The notes under the pieces were generated by a model that was not told where the DNA came from, searched no databases, and worked only from the letters and a program-made list of their open reading frames with translations. A DNA stretch of 63,350 nucleotides, filler included, from Reticulomyxa filosa (lineage: Eukaryota; Protista; Foraminifera): the NCBI GenBank assembly GCA_000512085.1. It is 23 parts of 23 records of this genome, joined end to end, with 100 filler letters (N's around TTAATTAATTAA, not from the genome) between each part and the next. Parts side by side here need not be neighbours in the genome. Positions count along the whole stretch, not along the records: positions 1 to 3,696 come from ASPP01003687.1; positions 3,797 to 5,426 come from ASPP01042417.1; positions 5,527 to 6,586 come from ASPP01029629.1; positions 6,687 to 9,007 come from ASPP01002498.1; positions 9,108 to 11,774 come from ASPP01005771.1; 18 more parts are not named here. One strand, written 5' to 3'. This document shows positions 1-11,874 of the stretch, one piece after another (position 1 is the first letter of the stretch; the number at the start of each line of letters is the position of its first letter). A program made the translations under genes and the position numbers.

Positions 1-335
1 ACCTTAATAAATTCGATGCCAAAGAGAATACAGGCAGTTAAAAACCAAAGGAGATGTAACACGTTGGTAAACTTGAATTAAATTTTAAAAAACAATCTTA
101 TCATACTCAGGCAACTACAAAAAATTTTTTAAAAGTAAATGAAAGAATAAAATTTTTGAAAAAATTGGAAAGACTTATTAAAAAATCAAAATGATATTTG
201 AAAAACTACATGATTTGCAGATATTTTTTTAAGATGAAAAAAAAATTAGGTAAGTGTTGATTTTTCATGGAGAAAATTGATGATCATCATAAGGTGGCGT
301 TTTATGCGTTCCATTTTTTTTTGCAACATAATGTA
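1..335 (+). mobile_element. Right-end fragment of a Tc1/mariner element (transposase tail plus terminal repeat)
   Basis: Aligns by eye along its length with 16817-17137, which directly follows a Tc1 DDE remnant (shared 'ccaaagagaataca', 'ttgaattaaattttaaaaaaca', 'ttttcatggagaaa', 'taaggtggc'). Confidence 0.85.
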
Positions 336-514
336 CATGATTGAATAGTTCAGATAAAAAAACTGTTGTGCTCTTTTTCATAAAAAGGCAAATAGCATTG
401 CAAAAATAAAACAAACAACGCTCCATACTTAAAATGAATAAATTAAAAATTAAAAAGCAAAACAAAATTTACTATTCAAAAAATTTTAATAACTAAAAGA
501 TCCTTGCCAAATAT

Positions 515-1959
515 TCATCCCCAAGCACGAATTGGACCTCTCCATGAACCATAGTATAAATGAACACCACAACCATCATTTGATTTTTGTCCATAGTCTT
601 CTCTCTTTTTCAATGATGCAAATTTAAGACTTATTATTGCAGTATCTTCCATATGATCTCCTTTCAGCACAAATAATTCATTCTTATTTGATCGAATATC
701 CCAAAATTGAATTGTAGTATCCCATGATCCAGAACATATCACATTTGAATTACCACCAACAATTTCATCATTATTCTTTATTATGAATGGTGAATATTCA
801 ACAGATGCAACAGCACTTGTATGTCCATTAAACAGTTGGATTTGTTTATTAGATCGAATATCCCACAAACGAACACTTTTATCATTTGATCCAGATAATA
901 TTGTATTTGCACAACCAATATTTCCTAATTCATTTGATCCATATTTTACACTCCTAATCCAATGTTTATGTCCTTTGAATACAATGACTTGTTTGGTTGT
1001 TTCAATATCCCAGATACGAATTGTGTTATCAACAGATCCAGAACAAATAGTATATCCATTACCACCAATCACACCAATATTATTACTTTTATTATCATTG
1101 TTGTTATTGCTTTGCAATGGTGAAATAGCAACACACCAAACACTATAGTCATGTCCATTGAAAACATGTAATGATTTGTGTGTTTCAACATCCCATAAAC
1201 GAATAGTATTGTCCCTTAATCCAGAACACAAATATCTACCACAATTAAATGGCGAAAATTCAATGCCACCAACGCCGCTAGTGTATCCTTCGAATAATTG
1301 CAATTGTTGATTATATTTGAAATCCCAAAAACGAATGGTATTGTCACTTGATGAAGAACAAATAACATTTTGACGATAATTATGATAGTGATAAGGTGAA
1401 AATTTCACAGAGTTCACAGAGTCTGTATGTCCATTGAATGACTGAACTTGTTTGTTGTTCTGAACATCAAATACACGAACTGTTTTATCACTTGACCCAG
1501 AACAAATGAATTGATTATCATCAAATATTGAATAATCAATACTCCACACAATACCAGTATGTCCAGTGAATGTATTAATAAGTTGGGATGACGAATGAAA
1601 TAGATCAAAAAGGATAAATGTAATTGCCTGTGTTAAGTGTGATTATTGATTATGAGAATAAATAAATATTTGAACATTTGATTGAACAAAAATAAAAAAT
1701 AAAAAATAGGTAAATAATGAATAAAACATACATAATTGATAACAAGTTTATCGAACTCATGGATCCACCCTAATTTAATGTTTAATATTCGAAGCCAATA
1801 TTTAATAATTGCCAAAATTTTTTCTTCTTCTGACAGTCTTATCTTAATCATATACAATCAAACCTTAAAGACAAAAAGTTTTTCTGGAGATTGATTGAAA
1901 TTGAGACTTACCAATGGTGATTGTGTTGAAGACACTTCCGTACTAAAAGGATTGCCCAT
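515..1959 (-). CDS. WD40-repeat protein of a lineage-expanded family, 3 exons (~1959-1912, ~1842-1732, ~1627-515)
   Basis: Repeated GH...WD units (SGSSDKTVRVFD, DNTIRFWD, DKSVRLWD); N-terminal exon IIKYWLRILNIKLGWIHEFDKLVINY; gtaagt and gtatgt donors. Confidence 0.92.
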
Positions 1960-2500
1960 TCTTTAAACCTCTATTGTTTTTTTTCTTAGTTTCGCTTAGA
2001 TGTTGATGATAATGATGAAGAATAAAATGAAACTTTTTCTCTCCGTAAAGGGACTTGTTAAACCATAGACAATATACAAATCAAAATGTCTTTTATCTCT
2101 TTTTAGTATTACTTTATTGAAAGTAAGAATTTTCACAGTCGTTTGTTTAAAATTATTAAATTTCCCAGTTTTCAGAGAATATTCATTGACAATTCACTAA
2201 AAATAACAACACTTGTTTTGACTTTGTAAATGAAAATTCTAATCAAATACAATTAATATTGGATACGAAAGAATGTTATATTTGAGAATTAATTATATAT
2301 TTATTTGTAATAATTCTAAGTCAAGTTCTTGAGCATAGACTTTTGATCGTGGAATTAAACTTTGTCTTAAATGAAAATGTTGAAAAAAGGTGTTTATCAA
2401 CGATCTTTTTTTCAAAGTGATGTATTGTTTGATGTTGTAACTGCTTTTAATTTTTTTCATCTGATACCTTTTGTTTCTTTCAATTTTATTTTTTGAAATA

Positions 2501-2660
2501 CAGTAGGTTGCATAAAAAACTGATCACATAAAACGCTACCTTATGATGATGATCGATTTTCTCCATAAAAAATCAACATTTAACCTAATTTTTTTTCATC
2601 TTAAAAAAACTATCTATAAATCTTGTAGTTTTAAAATGTAATATTAGTTTTTTAATAACT
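2501..2660 (+). mobile_element. Left terminal inverted repeat of the Tc1/mariner family (TA|CAGTAGG...)
   Basis: Reverse complement of ~175-330 and ~16985-17137; preceded by a TA target dinucleotide at 2499-2500. Confidence 0.8.
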
Positions 2661-3696
2661 TTTTTTTTGTTGGAGAAAATCATCAATACCCTATATGTCA
2701 TAGAAACATTCAATCCTTATTCAACACTTGAAAGATCATCAAATTTGCTTTGATAAACGTAAACATAAAGAGAATGAATGAATTTTTAAAAACATTTTGT
2801 TGCGACCACAGTATCAATTTGCTTTTTATGTGCTCTTTAAAAATAATACAAAAAATGTCATTTATTTTGAAGATAAGAAAATTGGATTAAAATTATGCAA
2901 TTGATCTTTGCACAATTCATTTAAGAGACTTGACAGCCTGTTTATAAAAATAAAATTGAATGAAGTTAATATACATATTACACCCAAAAACATTCATATA
3001 GAATTTTTGTTAGAAAAAAAACATAGTTGGTGGATTACTGAATTACTTTTTAAAGAGAAAAAGTTCCTGAGAGGCTAGTGATTATGAAAAGTAAAAGTAT
3101 ACTGAATTTTTGTTCCCCCTTTTGCGTTTTTGGAAATTATGAGACAATGATATTGCACATTTCCCATAATGTTGAGTAAACTAGAAATTAAAACAAAAAA
3201 TTCTTGTTGGCTCCAAAAAAAAAAAATTTTTCATGGAAAAACAAAACCTTGTTTGCTAGTAAAAAGGCAAAAATACTAAAAAATTAAAAGTCCTTCACTT
3301 TCTTTCATTAACTATACTCATATTCTCTTTGTAGAGTTTTAGAAATTTGTTAATTGTTTGCAATGACAAAAAGAAGACTTCTGTCCAATAGAAAAAAATA
3401 ATATTCGTGTGTATGTACAAATAATAAATGCTAACACTTTACAAAATAAAACACTTATTTCTCATCACAAAGTTTATATTATTAAATAAAACAAATTCTT
3501 TGTTGACCCTTAGTGGTCTTAAAAAAAATAAAATTTAAAAGCATCATCTTTGCATCATCAAAGCTCATCTCAAGGAAAAAAAAACTTTACTTTAGTAATG
3601 AAAGTTTCGCTAAGTTGTATTTTCAGAATTTCATTATTATTTTTTTTATCATTCATATCATTATTATAATCATCGTCAAAGTGTCATTTGTTCTTC

Positions 3697-3796
3697 NNNN
3701 NNNNNNNNNNNNNNNNNNNNNNNNNNNNNNNNNNNNNNNNTTAATTAATTAANNNNNNNNNNNNNNNNNNNNNNNNNNNNNNNNNNNNNNNNNNNN
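3697..3796. other. Artificial contig spacer (N44-TTAATTAATTAA-N44). First of 22; the others start at 5427, 6587, 9008, 11775, 14303, 16267, 17784, 19512, 23212, 24513, 28596, 35371, 36775, 38847, 40491, 50673, 52635, 54586, 56951, 58792 and 62149
   Basis: The same 100-nt block recurs throughout; its 12-mer has stops in all six frames; genes are cut abruptly at these blocks. Confidence 0.98.
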
Positions 3797-4194
3797 GCTG
3801 CACTATGCCCGGAGACTTTAGCAAGGCCTTTGGTGCTGGCGCCGACTTTGTCATGGCTGGTGGCATGTTTAGCGGACACGACGAGTCCGGTGGCGAAACC
3901 AAGGAAATTGGCGGCAAAAAATTTAAAGAGTTTTATGGTATGAGTAGTGCTGTTGCCATGGATAAATACAGCAAAGGAGTTGCGGACTATCGCGCGTCGG
4001 AGGGAAAATATGTCTTAGTCCCTTATCGTGGACCTGCTGCTGAAACTTTAAAAACTATTCTTGGTGGTGTCAGGTCTACTTGTACGTATGTTGGAGCTTC
4101 CCACTTGAAGGAACTTTCAAAACGCACTACCTTCATACGAATTCAACCATCTTCTCATCACAATACTGTCTTTGGTGACGAAAAAAAAGATTGA
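3797..4194 (+). CDS. GMPR: GMP reductase, C-terminal part (5' end cut by the contig edge)
   Basis: [62 protein letters not shown] match the GuaC/GMPR type-1 C-terminus. Confidence 0.95.
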
Positions 4195-4657
4195 TTTTCG
4201 TTTGTTTGTTCTTTTTTTTTGGAGAGTTGTGTTTTTAGTTTTATAAACGTTTTTTGTGCCAAAGGCAACAACCTGCAATTGTCATTTATTGCGGCTTTTC
4301 GCATCGTGACACCTCTTTTTGTTTTTATTAGTTGAAAATACAACAATCAATTCGATACAAATTCATTGTGGCGAATCTAAATTAACTTAATTTGATCATA
4401 AAAGTATTAACCTTTATGACAATTTTAAACTCTTATAAAAATATACAGAATGCTGTCAACTATTTGACAGATATAAGGAGTATCCATCTTGTTTTTTCTG
4501 GTAAAATAAAATTTGGATTGAGCATCTATCCAAAACAATTGCTTAAGAAACCACAAACCTTAAAATAACTCGTTGCTTCACAAAAGTTTGGGTCACTAAG
4601 TTCGAATACAATTAAAATTTATCAATTTGAAAATCAAGTTAGCAAAAGTTTATTAAG

Positions 4658-5133
4658 ATGGCAGAAGATCCTCAACAAGAATTACCAGATAATAAAAGAG
4701 GTTTATCGAAAGTTGAACAAGCCCAATTTACTCAGTACATGCAAGGTGAAGCTTTGCGAATCATAGGACAAGCAAGTTTCGAGAAAAACGGAAATGACTT
4801 GGACGGAACTTTGACCAAACTTTCACAATTGGCGCAAGATAAACTTACATCTATCAAGAAAAGGTTAGCATTTGTCTTTATACATCCCTCTTGTGTTTTC
4901 ATTTTTCTTAATCTCCTAGTTTTCAATACACATGATTTTTTTTTGTTTTTTAATGTTACACTCCCCTACACAGCCATCGTTACATAGTAAATGTATTATT
5001 GGTTCCAATAAAAGGAAATTTCAAAACAATGAATCGTGTTTATTGGAAGCCAGAAACAGATACATCAATTACTGTACAAGTTGAGGCTCAAAATATAAAG
5101 TGTATTATTACAGCTTACTGTGTGGGACTGTAG
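4658..5133 (+). CDS. Tctex-1-type dynein light chain, 2 exons (4658-4863, 4974-5133)
   Basis: Removing the GT-AG intron 4864-4973 gives ...SHRYIVNVLLVP...YWKPETDTSITVQVEAQNIKCIITAYCVGL*, matching the Tctex-1 pattern (KYIV...WD..TD...V......CI...F). Confidence 0.8.
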
Positions 5134-6079
5134 TAACACATCACTAAATTTGAGAAGAAAAACAAATGCTAAAATACAAATAAATGTAATTTTTGTTCAA
5201 TGTTTATATCCCTTTTTTTTTGCTACACATTAACACAACAATTTCTGTTTACCGATTTTCAAAACATTAACCATAATCACGATTTTTCAAGTGATAATGA
5301 CACTTAATCGAACTAACTTTAAATCAAATTACAGAAAGACCTAAAATGAATAATCTATAAAAGTTCTGTAGTACAAGTCCTGTTCTAAAGGTTTGAACTC
5401 GGGAGGACCCGAGGAACCCCCAGCGGNNNNNNNNNNNNNNNNNNNNNNNNNNNNNNNNNNNNNNNNNNNNTTAATTAATTAANNNNNNNNNNNNNNNNNN
5501 NNNNNNNNNNNNNNNNNNNNNNNNNNAAGTATTGTTTTTTAATCTTTTTCAGATTTGCACTGAAAGTAAAAAAAAACAAAAGTAGAAAGAGTTACAATAT
5601 CATAGTTTCTGTTTTTAGTATGAGCTCCACTTTGTTGGGTCGACATTATATTGATGGGGAAGTTTTGTCAAAAAAAGAGTCCGCTTTATTTACACTGTGC
5701 AAACGCAGAATATTGTCCTATACTGGAAAATGGCCAATACTTTACAAGAAAAGACAACAAGTTTTGTTATCAATCGCATATTCATAAACTTATTTCATTT
5801 ATATAATTGCAATCAAAAGGACATCACAATGTGTACACGTGTAAAAAGTATTTCCTACATTTTATTTTTCTATCTAAACTTTATGAATTTCGAAAATTTC
5901 AATAAGAAATGTCTGTCCTTCTCTTTTTTCACTCACTAACTTGATTATGTGTTTAACTTTAAAAAATATTCAAGTTTCAATGCAACAAATTACAAAGGAC
6001 TGAAAAAGATCAATTATTAATTAAAACAGTTTGTTAGTTTGACCATAGGTCAAAAATAATAACAATAATTTCTTGACCA

Positions 6080-6545
6080 CTTAGAAAACGTCTTAGCTTT
6101 ACCAACGTCTTCTCAAATTCAAAGTCAAGCCTAAAATACGGACTTGTTTTTCGCAACAGTCTTCGCAGTTGCTGAACAAACACAATTTATGATGATGTGA
6201 TTCTTGCTATCACAATACAGTCCACTGAATGCAAGTCAAAGCCTTTGTTGACAATGTTAACATTGATCAGCACTTGCAAGTGTCTATTCACAAACTCATC
6301 AACAGTGTCCTGATACACTTATCTGGAGATACAAGATAATGTAATGAGCATGTACGTAGTCCATTGGTTGTGCATAACTCTGGCATTATAAAACAATGAT
6401 ATACAATTGTGGCAACAATTGCCCAGTGGAGTTCATATTGAACAATTCCACGTTAATTGCTACCACTCTTTTGATACAGTGTCCATGCTGTCCATACAAA
6501 GATATTGATGGACAATCACTTGATAATTGAGGTCTGTAACGTACA
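6080..6545 (-). pseudogene. Superfamily-2 helicase C-terminal domain (ResIII/Irc3-like), decayed
   Basis: Minus strand from 6300 reads DEFVNRHLQVLINVNIVNKGFDLHSVDCIVIARITSS*IVFVQQLRRLLRK, i.e. motifs V (EGFD) and VI (QQxGRGLR) with substitutions, an in-frame stop and frameshifts. Confidence 0.75.
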
Positions 6546-6686
6546 TGAAGGCACAAACACATTGTTCTAATTATGTGTATACAAAANNNNNNNNNNNNNN
6601 NNNNNNNNNNNNNNNNNNNNNNNNNNNNNNTTAATTAATTAANNNNNNNNNNNNNNNNNNNNNNNNNNNNNNNNNNNNNNNNNNNN

Positions 6687-6973
6687 TTTTTTTTATTGTA
6701 TGTCTTTTTTTAATTTGAATAGAGATTAGTATTAAACTTAGTTCGAAATTGGACAGTGAAAGCCACATTCTCACTGTCAAATGCACGGATCACACTTCTG
6801 TCAGTTTCAACATGTCTGCCATCTTTATCAATGATTGCCATTAATACATCATCTGCATGTGTTGTTCGAGTAACTTGGAGGATTTGTTGTCTTAAATGCT
6901 TCATTGTCAATTCTGGCAATATGATCGTATGTACGCTTGTCCCATCGCTCACATATGCTTTAAATGACGACAT
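6687..6973 (-). CDS. Hypothetical protein, first exon (MSSFKAYVSDGTSVHTIILPELTMKHLRQQIL...)
   Basis: Coding-like composition after an ATG; runs towards the contig edge; no recognisable family. Confidence 0.4.
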
Positions 6974-7559
6974 TGCACAAAGTAGAAATGATTGAAGTTT
7001 TTTATTATTATTATCAAAAAAAAGGGCTTTTTTTAAGAAACCCCTTTTCTTTGGCATTGATGCACACAAATTAATTTCAAAAGTTTGGATAAATATAAGT
7101 GCTAATAGAATGAAGACATTTTTTTCTAATTTGCGTTAGATTAAAATTTTTAGTGAATACATGTGTTTATCAAACATAAACTTAAAATGATTGATTTTTT
7201 GATTGCATTGCAAAAACAGTCATGGATAAACTCTAATTTGATTATCATGAATGAAATTGATATTATTTTGATTCGATGGAATAAAATCATGTAAACCAGT
7301 TTTATTCAAAATGTAAAACAACAAAGAGTTGATTTTTACGAAAATAAAAATAAACAAGAAATAGTAAATTATATTGAATATTTTCCAACATTTTGAGTAA
7401 TAATTTGTATACTTCCATCATTGGGACCTCTTTTTTTATTTATATTCAAAAATGATCCTCTGTCAGTGATAGATAATTCTTTTCATCATTGAAAATTGTT
7501 GAACCAACACCTGTTATACAAATATTTTTATCTTTTATCTTTGGAGAAATTGCTTTCTT

Positions 7560-8300
7560 TCAATTTTGATATCTATGTAAACAATTCGGATTGTTGCAAT
7601 GAAATTTATTCCAAAATATCGGCTCAATTACATTATCATTATCATAAATGACTTGTTTTGATTTTTAGATATAGGACAAAACTGTTTGTAATTTAACCAC
7701 ATTTTGCAATTCTCTAATTTGTCTAGACACTTCATTAATTCATTTACAATTTCTAATGGATTAATTTGTTTGATTGAAATTAAATTGTATGATTTACCCA
7801 AATGATCTTTTAAATCTTTTATTTTTCCTTTAAAATTGCAGATATTTTTTGAATTCGAATTTGATTTATTCAATATCCTTCTTCTTCTTTTCCTCCTAAT
7901 TTTATTCCTTCATTTGATTGCCTTTTTTTCAAATTAAATTGTCGAGGACAAATTGCTAATAATTCAGACACCAATTTTTTCATAGCTTTACCTTGCGAAA
8001 ATTCACAATGACCATGTTGTTGAATTGGATATTTTCCATTATTCTGCTTCAAATATTTTTGTAAACATTCTTCTCCAACCAAACAAACTTCTCTTCATTC
8101 TCGTGTTCACCACAATTCAATTCCATTGCATTATTTACAATTTGATTGCAAATACAACAAATTAAAGTATTCAGTCTTTGTGCTTCATTTGTCAAAGAAA
8201 TCCATGATTTACTATAACACTCTGAAAGAAAAAAAGCTGTCCTTTTATTTTTCTTTAAGTTTTTCTTCTTCTCTTGTCTTTGTTGCAAATAACGACATTG
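7560..8300 (-). pseudogene. TRAF-like RING/zinc-finger protein, frameshifted
   Basis: Three offset ORFs give LICCICNQIVNNAMELNCGEHEN / VGEECLQKYLKQNNGKYPIQQHGHCEF...LLAICPRQF / CNFKGKIKDLKDHL, a RING followed by a TRAF-type Zn finger. Confidence 0.7.
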
Positions 8301-8659
8301 ATCTTACTTATATAATAATGTATCAACTTTAGTTTAAAAAGGGTTTTGAAGGTGAAACAACAATATAGCATACAATTTTTATGGTAATAATTTACAAAAT
8401 TTGGATAGAATTTTTCAAATCATTATTTTCTTTGCGTTTTTGAAAAAAAGCTTATTACTTCTTACAAAATTAAATATGCACACGCATAAAAGAGATTTAA
8501 AGATCAGTTGGGTGTACATTGTTACAAAAATAATATTTCATCTTTATTGAAAAAATTAGACTATCCACAAATATAAATTAAGGCCTTTCCTGAATAATTA
8601 AAATCCAAATTTTAGATTGACTGAATTGAAATGGAAATCAAAAAACTTTATTAATATAT

Positions 8660-9007
8660 TCATCCCCAAACATAAATTAAATTGTTTGAACCATAACATA
8701 AATTAACACAGCTATTGACATTTGATTTTTTTTCATTGTTGTTTAATCTCTTTTTCAATTCTATAAATTTAAGACATAATACTTTTTTATTTGTATTTAT
8801 CACATACAATTCATTCTTATTTGACCGAATATCCCAAAAACGAATTGTTTTATCATCTGATCCAGAGCATATCACATTTGAATTACCATTAATAACTTCA
8901 CTACTGTTCTTTATAACAAATGGCGAATATTCAACACACGTTACGTCATTTTTGTGCCTATCAAACAATTGAATTTGTTGACCAGATCGAATATCCCACA
9001 AACGAAC
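8660..9007 (-). CDS. WD40-repeat protein, C-terminal part (paralogue of 515-1959)
   Basis: VRLWDIRSGQQIQLF...VEYSPF...NSNVICSGSDDKTIRFWDIRSNKNEL...VWG*, close to the C-terminus of the first WD40 gene. Confidence 0.9.
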   Translation of the reverse strand, partial: VRLWDIRSGQQIQLFDRHKNDVTCVEYSPFVIKNSSEVINGNSNVICSGSDDKTIRFWDIRSNKNELYVINTNKKVLCLKFIELKKRLNNNEKKSNVNSCVNLCYGSNNLIYVWG

Positions 9008-9469
9008 NNNNNNNNNNNNNNNNNNNNNNNNNNNNNNNNNNNNNNNNNNNNTTAATTAATTAANNNNNNNNNNNNNNNNNNNNNNNNNNNNNNNNNNNNN
9101 NNNNNNNTTCCAAAGTTCACTTGTGGGTGCGAATTACTTATTACGACATCATGAGTACTACAAAACCAAGTCATATTAAAAATTTACTTAAACAAAAACA
9201 GATCTAATGTGTGAAAATAATTTTTTGTTTGCATTGGAAAATTCGCTTATTCAATAAGCAGCATTTTATATTGCCATTTTTTGTAAATTATGTTATTGAT
9301 TTATTAAAAAAGTGACTTTAATGAGATATCTTCTCACAAAATAGGCTTACAAATTTTCTTTTCGAGAAAAGAAAATGTTATAAAAAGAAGGTTAGTATTT
9401 ATTACAAAAATACTTTTCCGTTAGTATTTAGTATTCATAAATACACGTGGATCACCGTGTTTTATATGC

Positions 9470-11774
9470 TTAAGGAATCACAACGTTTGAAATAACGACA
9501 TTAAAGTTGGACAATGCAACATCTGGAAGCTCTTCGGCAAATATTAGAGTGTTATTAGTGTTTGTGCCTAAGTTTACATCATCATAGGCAACAAAGTAAT
9601 AGCGTTGCACCGTCAACTCGTCCAATATTACATTGTTATAATGTCCCATATCTTTTCCGTTGAGCCAAAAGTGGCCTCGACGTAGTCCTGGAGAAGTTGG
9701 AGTGCCAATGTCAATTAAGAGCACTCCTTCCTCTTGGGCACTTTCAGGAATGCTGAATGTTGTTTTGTACCACGTCATAGCATTGCTAGCGACAACAGAG
9801 GAGGTCCATTGAACTTTTGACATTCCAGCTCCGGCGACCTATTTAACAATATTGCACTTTTTTATTAAAAAAAAAAAAGATGGAATATAAAAAAAACGTG
9901 TGTATGTGTTTACATTTACGATACCTGTAAATTTTCTCCTGTCAATCCAATCCATTGATACCAAGCAAGTTGAGTAAGATTGTACTCTCGGACCAAATAT
10001 TGTCCGTTGTTAGTGGAGTACACTTGAATCAAGATGATATCTCCAACCAATCCTTTTTTGTCCTGCGCATCAGGTCCTTGTTGGTTGCTCAACAGATTAT
10101 GTATTCCTTGACTACTGCTCAAAATGGTAATGACATGAGAGCCATTCGTAAGCCACTGCGACTGCCCTTTCAAATTGATGCTCATGTTCACTGTCCCGGC
10201 ATCGTGATCATAGTTGAAGGTATCATTGATGAAATAGTTGTCAATGTACAGCATATAAGCATTGGCCATTCTTCCACTAAACTCCAACACAAACTCATTG
10301 CTTTCATTTTCGTCAGCAATTATGTCTACCGTCGTGCTGTAATACATGTACTCGGAACTTTCATTGCTCAGTCGTATTTGTTCCAAAGGTCCCTTTGTGC
10401 TGACAAAAGGAGAGTCGGTTCGACCTTGAGGGTTTTGTTGCAATGGGACTTGTTCCGTCCAAGACTGCCATTTCACACCCGATTCCCCGCTAACGATAAC
10501 ATGATAGACTCGTTGGGTTGGCAATCCAAAGTTGTCCACTTTGGCCGTGTTGTACAACTCCGTTCCCTCAAAATCAATCACACTTACCGACACGCCCGGC
10601 ACTTCATATTGGATATTATTCCACGCCAACGAATAGTTGCTAAAAGGGTCGGTATTTACCAAAAACGTCAATTGGTCGTCCTCACTGTTATATACGTAAG
10701 CAAACGTAAACGAATTGCTTGGGATGGTCGTTAAACACCATTCGCTGTCATACTTTGACTGCAATTTCCCATCCTTGGTCCACGTCCATTGTTGGTTTTG
10801 CGCATCGTTGCTGTTTGGATCTTTGCATGACCATTCGTCCACATTCGGACCACTTTCTTGATAAATGTCCAGACATTTGGAACTGAAGCGAGATCTACAA
10901 TTGGGATTAAAACGCAAAAGCGTTTTATTTTTTTATTATTTATTTTTTTTTTTTTTCCCCTCCCCTCCTCCCCCCCCTTTTTTTTTTTTTTGTTCCTTCT
11001 TTCCAACAAAGAAATAACTTGAATTGTGAATTGGAATAAGACCATAGCTGGGTAAAGTCCAGTGAGTCACAGATCGCTGTTCGAACTGGATTCGAACTGC
11101 CAGTGCTGTATGCACATACGCTTTGTCCTTGGAATGGATTGGTCAAGGATAGCAAGCCGCTGGTGGCGTTGTACGACCATTGTTGACTATTGTTGCAGCT
11201 GCCGACTTGCAAATACAACGACCACTCGCTAAAGTCCCCCTGGTTCAAATACATCTCGTTGCCGACCTGGATGGGGCTCTCCAATAACGCTTTTTGGTGA
11301 TCCGCCAATATTTTATGCAAGTTATATAAATGCGATCGCTTTACATAAATGTGTATATGGTATATATGTATATAAAATATCAAATACAATTCAATTTACT
11401 AGTTGTGTTGTGTGTGTATACGCAGACGTATACTCAAATTAATTTATCCTCATAAGCATATACGTATACACATATAAAAAATATTACATTTACATACATA
11501 CATAAAAAATTTTTTTAAAAAAATGTATAAACATTTATGACACAATTGTAATAAAAAAAAAAAAAAAAAAATGTAAACTTTTAGGTTCATTAGGAAGACC
11601 ATCGGCATGATAGTTGACCCCATCGGCATAAAAATTGGAAATGGAAGACCCTGCAGTATGGCCGATATGATTGCCACCGTACCACATGTAGTAGTTGTGA
11701 TGAGCACCACCCGCAGCAAACCACAAAGCGACGCTATAGGCCATGTCCGCGGGGCTGCGGTTGGACCAACCCCC
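9470..11774 (-). CDS. Glycoside hydrolase family 35 beta-galactosidase, 3' part with ~4 exons and an internal ricin-B-like lectin module
   Basis: AYSVALWFAAGGAHHNYYMWYGGN...DGLPNEPK..HL..LH (GH35 core end); LYNTAKV, LEQIRL..E.SEYMYY, DKKGLVGDI, IGLTGENLQV, TWYKTTF, RGHFWLNGKDMGHY..VQRYYFV..LIFAEE; QQW/CLD repeats. Confidence 0.88.
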
Positions 11775-11874
11775 NNNNNNNNNNNNNNNNNNNNNNNNNN
11801 NNNNNNNNNNNNNNNNNNTTAATTAATTAANNNNNNNNNNNNNNNNNNNNNNNNNNNNNNNNNNNNNNNNNNNN

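Noticed and set aside
3741-3752. Regularly recurring TTAATTAATTAA, taken as a biological repeat or CRISPR-like array
   Set aside because: Always centred in a fixed 44+44 N block: it is an assembly-concatenation linker. ORFs ending in 'XXXLIN' are artefacts of it.
9955-10734. Long antisense ORFs (259 aa here; also 62197-62877, 62946-63350, 44379-45032, 29585-30334)
   Set aside because: They are shadows of real genes on the opposite strand, with no motifs of their own.
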